Shown: one piece after another, positions 60,154 through 64,000 of the stretch
Layout of the letters: each line of letters opens with the position of its first letter
Numbering within the stretch: position 1 is the first letter of the stretch
Source of the DNA: a virus
Lineage: Duplodnaviria > Caudoviricetes
DNA length: 64,000 bases
Virus record (IMG/VR): IMGVR_UViG_3300030098_005649
Strand: one strand, 5' to 3'
Notes under the pieces: model-generated
What the model was told of the DNA's origin: nothing
Seen by the model: only the letters and a program-made list of their open reading frames with translations
Database searches by the model: none
Made by a program: the position numbers and the translations under genes

Positions 60154-61380
60154 ATGTATCTAAAATACTTTGACAAATTTTACGACCAAGATGGATACTT
60201 AGACATACCCGAAGAAGAGTGGACTTACATAAAAGAAACCTTTGAGAAGGATGATGTAAAAGAAAGTCTTGCCAAAGTTGCAATGACTTATCCGATACCT
60301 TATGCGGAAATATCTGAAGAGGTGTGTCTAAAAGACTATAAAAAGTTGAAAGGTATTTGGTGGAATGATTTGATTATAGAAGACGAGTGGTTTGCCAGAA
60401 GTGAAGATGGATATAGATGGGGAATTGATTATAAAGGTAAACAGATTTATTTCAAACGATATAATGTTGGTAATAAATCATCAAACTACTTTCAACAGAA
60501 AAATAGATGGTCTGTAGATGGTTCAGTATCACCTGGACCACAACGGACTTGGGAAACTGAAAAGTTTATGACGAGTCTAATGGGTGCGGCATACTCTTTG
60601 AAGTTACCTAAGATTGATAAAAAACATCTAAGGTTGATGATAGGACTCAGAAAATACATTTGTAGTCAATTCAAACCATCGGTCGCAAAGGCAATATATG
60701 ATTACTTTGAGGCTGATAGTATTTTAGATTTTTCTGCAGGTTGGGGTGATAGATTGGCTGGATTTTATGCCTCTAATTCAAGTAGGTATTATGGTATAGA
60801 CCCAAGAAAAGAAAATCATCCAATCTACAGAGAACAGGCTGAGTTTTATGAAAAACATAGAAGTACTTTTTTAGAACCAACTAAGGAAGTAGATTTCTTT
60901 GAATCACCTGCAGAAGATTTTGATTACTCTCAGATAAAACCTGTTGATTTGGTATTTACATCACCACCTTATTTCAATGTGGAACGATATAGTTACGATG
61001 ACACTCAAAGTTGGATAAGATACAAGGATATAAATTCTTGGAATGAATCATTCTTACATAGGGCACTCGAAAAGATGTGGACTCGTATAAGTAGTGGTGG
61101 ACATTTGTTGGTAAATATTTCTGATGTCTATTCTAATTCAAAATGGAGTACTGATAGAGGTTGGGATAAAATATGTGACCCAATGAATGATTTCATAAAT
61201 AATGAATTAGAGGGTTCAGAATATCAAGGTTGTATTGGAATGGAAATGGCAAAACGACCTAATAGTGGTGGTGCAGGAACTGCAAAATCAGAAGAGTATA
61301 GTGAAGAATCACTAAAACTTGCGGAAGAGACAAAGAACAAAACATTTTGTGAACCTATTTGGGTATGGAAAAAATTATAG
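60154..61380 (+). CDS. DNA methyltransferase-like protein A
   Basis: Motif I ILDFSAGWGDRL followed by motif IV LVFTSPPYF (alpha/gamma order). Confidence 0.8.
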   Translation: MYLKYFDKFYDQDGYLDIPEEEWTYIKETFEKDDVKESLAKVAMTYPIPYAEISEEVCLKDYKKLKGIWWNDLIIEDEWFARSEDGYRWGIDYKGKQIYFKRYNVGNKSSNYFQQKNRWSVDGSVSPGPQRTWETEKFMTSLMGAAYSLKLPKIDKKHLRLMIGLRKYICSQFKPSVAKAIYDYFEADSILDFSAGWGDRLAGFYASNSSRYYGIDPRKENHPIYREQAEFYEKHRSTFLEPTKEVDFFESPAEDFDYSQIKPVDLVFTSPPYFNVERYSYDDTQSWIRYKDINSWNESFLHRALEKMWTRISSGGHLLVNISDVYSNSKWSTDRGWDKICDPMNDFINNELEGSEYQGCIGMEMAKRPNSGGAGTAKSEEYSEESLKLAEETKNKTFCEPIWVWKKL

Positions 61381-62576
61381 ACTATTTTACTAAGTTTTAC
61401 GATATGAAACCGTATCTTTTCATAGATGAAAAGGAATGGAAATACATTATGGAGACTTATGAAAAAGATGAAGTAGTTGATGAATTGGCTAAATGTTTAC
61501 ATACATATCCGTGTCCAATACCACAAATTACTGAAGAAGAATCTTTGAGAAGTTTGAAAAGACTCAAGGGTGTGAAATGGCCAGATATATTGATGGAAGA
61601 TTTTTGGTTTCCAAGAAATGAACAAAAATCAAAATACATATTATCACCAAAATATTTCAAAAGAGATAATAAAGGTAATAATGCATCAAATCCATTTCAC
61701 ATAGAGACAAGATGGAAAGTTGATTGGACGAGAACACCAAGTGGATGGAAAACTTGGCAAACAATTGATGGGATAAAAACAATTGTTAGGGCATTTTGGA
61801 GTCTTGAAAAGGTATTGACCAAAGTAGATTTACAAAGTATTAGGATGGCCACCACATTACGAAAGTATGTGGCATCACAATTCAAACCAAGTATAGCGAA
61901 AGGATTTTATGACTACTTTAGAAGTGGTAATGTACTCGACTTTAGTGCTGGTTGGGGTGATAGGTTGGCTGGGTTTTATTGTGGAGAGACAACAAAATCA
62001 TATGTTGGGATTGACCCAAACACCCTCAATCATCCAAATTATCAAAGACAAGTTGAGTTCTATAAAGAAAACCAAACATTTTTTGAAGAACCAAAAGAGG
62101 TAGAGTTTATTTGTGAACCAGCGGAAGATGTGGATTATTCAAAATATGAAAATTATTTCGATACAATATTTACATCACCACCTTATTTCAATGTTGAGAA
62201 ATATTCCGATGAAGATACTCAAAGTTACATCAGATATAAAGACATTGATAGTTGGAATAAGAACTTCTTACATAAGACAATAGAAAAGATAATTCCAACA
62301 TTGAAAAAGGATGGGATACTGGCAATAAATATTGCAGATGTTTATGATGCAAAAAACAAAACATATTTTGACATCTGTAATCCAATGAATGATTTTATAA
62401 AATCACAAGGGTTGGAATACTATGGTTGTATAGGAATGGAGATGACTAAGAGATTCAATAGTGGTGGTGCTGGTAATGCAAAAAGTGAATACTTTAGTGA
62501 GGATTTGAAAGATAAAACAAAGGAAACCGAAAATATAGCATTCGGAGAACCAATATGGATATGGAAAAAAGCTTGA
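61365..62576 (+). CDS. DNA methyltransferase-like protein B (paralog of A)
   Basis: VLDFSAGWGDRL and IFTSPPYF. Collinear with A along its whole length, sharing SQFKPS.AK, ICDPMNDFI, GCIGMEM.KR.NSGGAG and EPIW.WKK. Confidence 0.8.
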   Translation: MEKIIDYFTKFYDMKPYLFIDEKEWKYIMETYEKDEVVDELAKCLHTYPCPIPQITEEESLRSLKRLKGVKWPDILMEDFWFPRNEQKSKYILSPKYFKRDNKGNNASNPFHIETRWKVDWTRTPSGWKTWQTIDGIKTIVRAFWSLEKVLTKVDLQSIRMATTLRKYVASQFKPSIAKGFYDYFRSGNVLDFSAGWGDRLAGFYCGETTKSYVGIDPNTLNHPNYQRQVEFYKENQTFFEEPKEVEFICEPAEDVDYSKYENYFDTIFTSPPYFNVEKYSDEDTQSYIRYKDIDSWNKNFLHKTIEKIIPTLKKDGILAINIADVYDAKNKTYFDICNPMNDFIKSQGLEYYGCIGMEMTKRFNSGGAGNAKSEYFSEDLKDKTKETENIAFGEPIWIWKKA

Positions 62577-62601
62577 CTTGTATTGCTTTTATTCGTATAT
62601 T
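62573..62601 (+). promoter_or_regulatory. Sigma70-like promoter upstream of the clamp loader
   Basis: TTGACT-N17-TATATT. Confidence 0.6.
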
Positions 62602-62626
62602 CATATATGATAAATTAGGAAAATAA

Positions 62627-63544
62627 ATGGAAAATGATACTCTTTTGTGGGTTGAGAAATATCGACCACAAACACTCGATACATATGTTGGTAACGAACA
62701 CCTTGTAAAGAAGGTTGGTTCATATATCAAAAATGATGACATACCACACCTTTTACTATATGGGAAGGCTGGTACAGGTAAGACTACTCTTGCAAAACTA
62801 ATCGTCAATCAGATTGATTGTGATTATTTATACATCAATGCATCCGATGAGAATAATGTTGATACTGTTAGGACAAAGATAAAGACATTTGCCTCAAGTA
62901 TTGGATTCAAGAAATGGAAAGTGGTTATATTAGACGAGTGTGATTACATAACACCAAATGCTCAGGCTGCTCTTCGTAATCTTATGGAAGTATTTTCTTC
63001 ACATTGTAGATTTATATTGACTTGTAATTATTTAGAGAGAATGTTACAACCTATCGTAAGTCGTTGTCAGACTTATAATATATCACCACCATCTAAAAAA
63101 GAAGTTGCTCTTCACTTGAATACCATTTTGAAACAAGAGGATGTCGATTTTGAAATAAAAGATATGGGTGACATAGTAAATGCAAACTATCCTGATATTC
63201 GTAGAATTATAAATACAATACAAAGACAAGTGGTGGATGGTAAACTCGTATTAGTATCTGAAGAATATAATGATAATTATAAAGTAAAGATTTTGGAATC
63301 ATTGAAAAATGACAATCCAAAAGATTGTTTCAATAACATACGAAAGATTCTTGCAAACTCAAAGATAAACGACTTTGTGGATTTGTTTAGATACTTATAT
63401 GACACGATAGATGATTTTGCAAAGGGTTCTGAAGCCGAGGTTATACTAACAATCGCCGAGTATGAGTTTCGTGATTCACAAGTTCCAGATAAAGAGATAA
63501 ATTGTATGGCGATGCTAACCAAGATTATAGGATATGTAAAATGA
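62627..63544 (+). CDS. Clamp loader large subunit (T4 gp44 / RFC-like AAA+)
   Basis: WVEKYRPQTL, GKAGTGKT, INASDE, ILDECD, AQAALRN and CRFILTCN. Confidence 0.93.
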   Translation: MENDTLLWVEKYRPQTLDTYVGNEHLVKKVGSYIKNDDIPHLLLYGKAGTGKTTLAKLIVNQIDCDYLYINASDENNVDTVRTKIKTFASSIGFKKWKVVILDECDYITPNAQAALRNLMEVFSSHCRFILTCNYLERMLQPIVSRCQTYNISPPSKKEVALHLNTILKQEDVDFEIKDMGDIVNANYPDIRRIINTIQRQVVDGKLVLVSEEYNDNYKVKILESLKNDNPKDCFNNIRKILANSKINDFVDLFRYLYDTIDDFAKGSEAEVILTIAEYEFRDSQVPDKEINCMAMLTKIIGYVK

Positions 63545-63783
63545 CAATGAGACCGATGAAACCAATGCCAGGACAACAACAACAAGTACAAGTTGATTTG
63601 AGTAAGGCTGAAAGTATCTCGTGTGAGAAATGTGGTAATTATAATTTTATTCAGACATACTTTCTGAAGAAATTATCACCACTTGTATCACCAACAGGAG
63701 AAGAAGCCATAGTACCAATCAATGTATTTTCTTGTGGTAATTGTGGTGAAGTACCAAAAGGATTCATTCCAAAAGATGAGTAA
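63541..63783 (+). CDS. Small zinc-ribbon protein
   Basis: CEKC...CGNC. ATG 63541 overlaps the clamp-loader stop. Confidence 0.7.
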   Translation: MTMRPMKPMPGQQQQVQVDLSKAESISCEKCGNYNFIQTYFLKKLSPLVSPTGEEAIVPINVFSCGNCGEVPKGFIPKDE

Positions 63784-64000
63784 TTACGAACAAAATTTAG
63801 TAAAATTATTTGGTAATGATTATGTGGATAATCTTGTTCCATCTGAAGAAGAGTTGGAACAAAAGTATAGTATTGAGGATACCAAACAAAAAGGTAAATC
63901 TTTATTTGACCACATAACTGCAATTTGTACACAACCAAACAACTATTTTGAAAATCTAACAGAGGTTGATAAAAAGTCGTGGTCAAATTATATGGTACAT
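63776..64000 (+). CDS. Clamp loader small subunit (T4 gp62-like), N-terminal fragment
   Basis: MSNYEQ...KSLFDHITAI...NYF..L...DKKSWSNYMVH runs off the window end. Position after the gp44-like gene fits. Confidence 0.65.
   Translation, partial: MSNYEQNLVKLFGNDYVDNLVPSEEELEQKYSIEDTKQKGKSLFDHITAICTQPNNYFENLTEVDKKSWSNYMVH

Noticed and set aside
1-64000. Stop-codon reassignment (as in some large phages)
   Set aside because: Conserved genes are full length in code 11 and end with TAA, TAG or TGA at the expected positions. Coding density is high without recoding.
1-64000. tRNA, rRNA, tmRNA, IS elements or integrase
   Set aside because: Intergenic gaps are short and none shows a cloverleaf or T-loop signature, terminal inverted repeats, or transposase or recombinase motifs.

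Overview
This window is a 64-kb slice of a large, AT-rich, T4-like contractile-tailed (myovirus) phage genome. Essentially all supported genes are on the + strand in the standard genetic code. Positions 1-36.8 kb are virion morphogenesis genes: the end of the major capsid protein, neck and tail-completion proteins, three giant fibre proteins (2249, 2056 and 924 aa) built from Gly-X-Ser and collagen repeats, tail sheath, tail tube, a tail assembly chaperone with a probable programmed frameshift, tape measure, and tube-like, LysM and hub baseplate proteins. Positions 36.9-64 kb are nucleotide metabolism and replication genes: thyX, two 2OG-Fe(II) oxygenases, a minimal family-A polymerase, SSB, RecA/UvsX, 5'-3' exonuclease, helicase, class II RNR, family-B polymerase, sliding clamp and clamp loader. 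Accessory genes are inserted among them: four adjacent ORFs with leader-like N-termini resembling capsid-targeting sequences, a TonB-dependent receptor preceded by a perfect H-type pseudoknot, a PvuII-like nuclease/methyltransferase pair, and two tandem methyltransferases. No tRNA, rRNA, CRISPR array, intein or IS element was seen. All family assignments come from motifs recognised by eye; no database searches were run.
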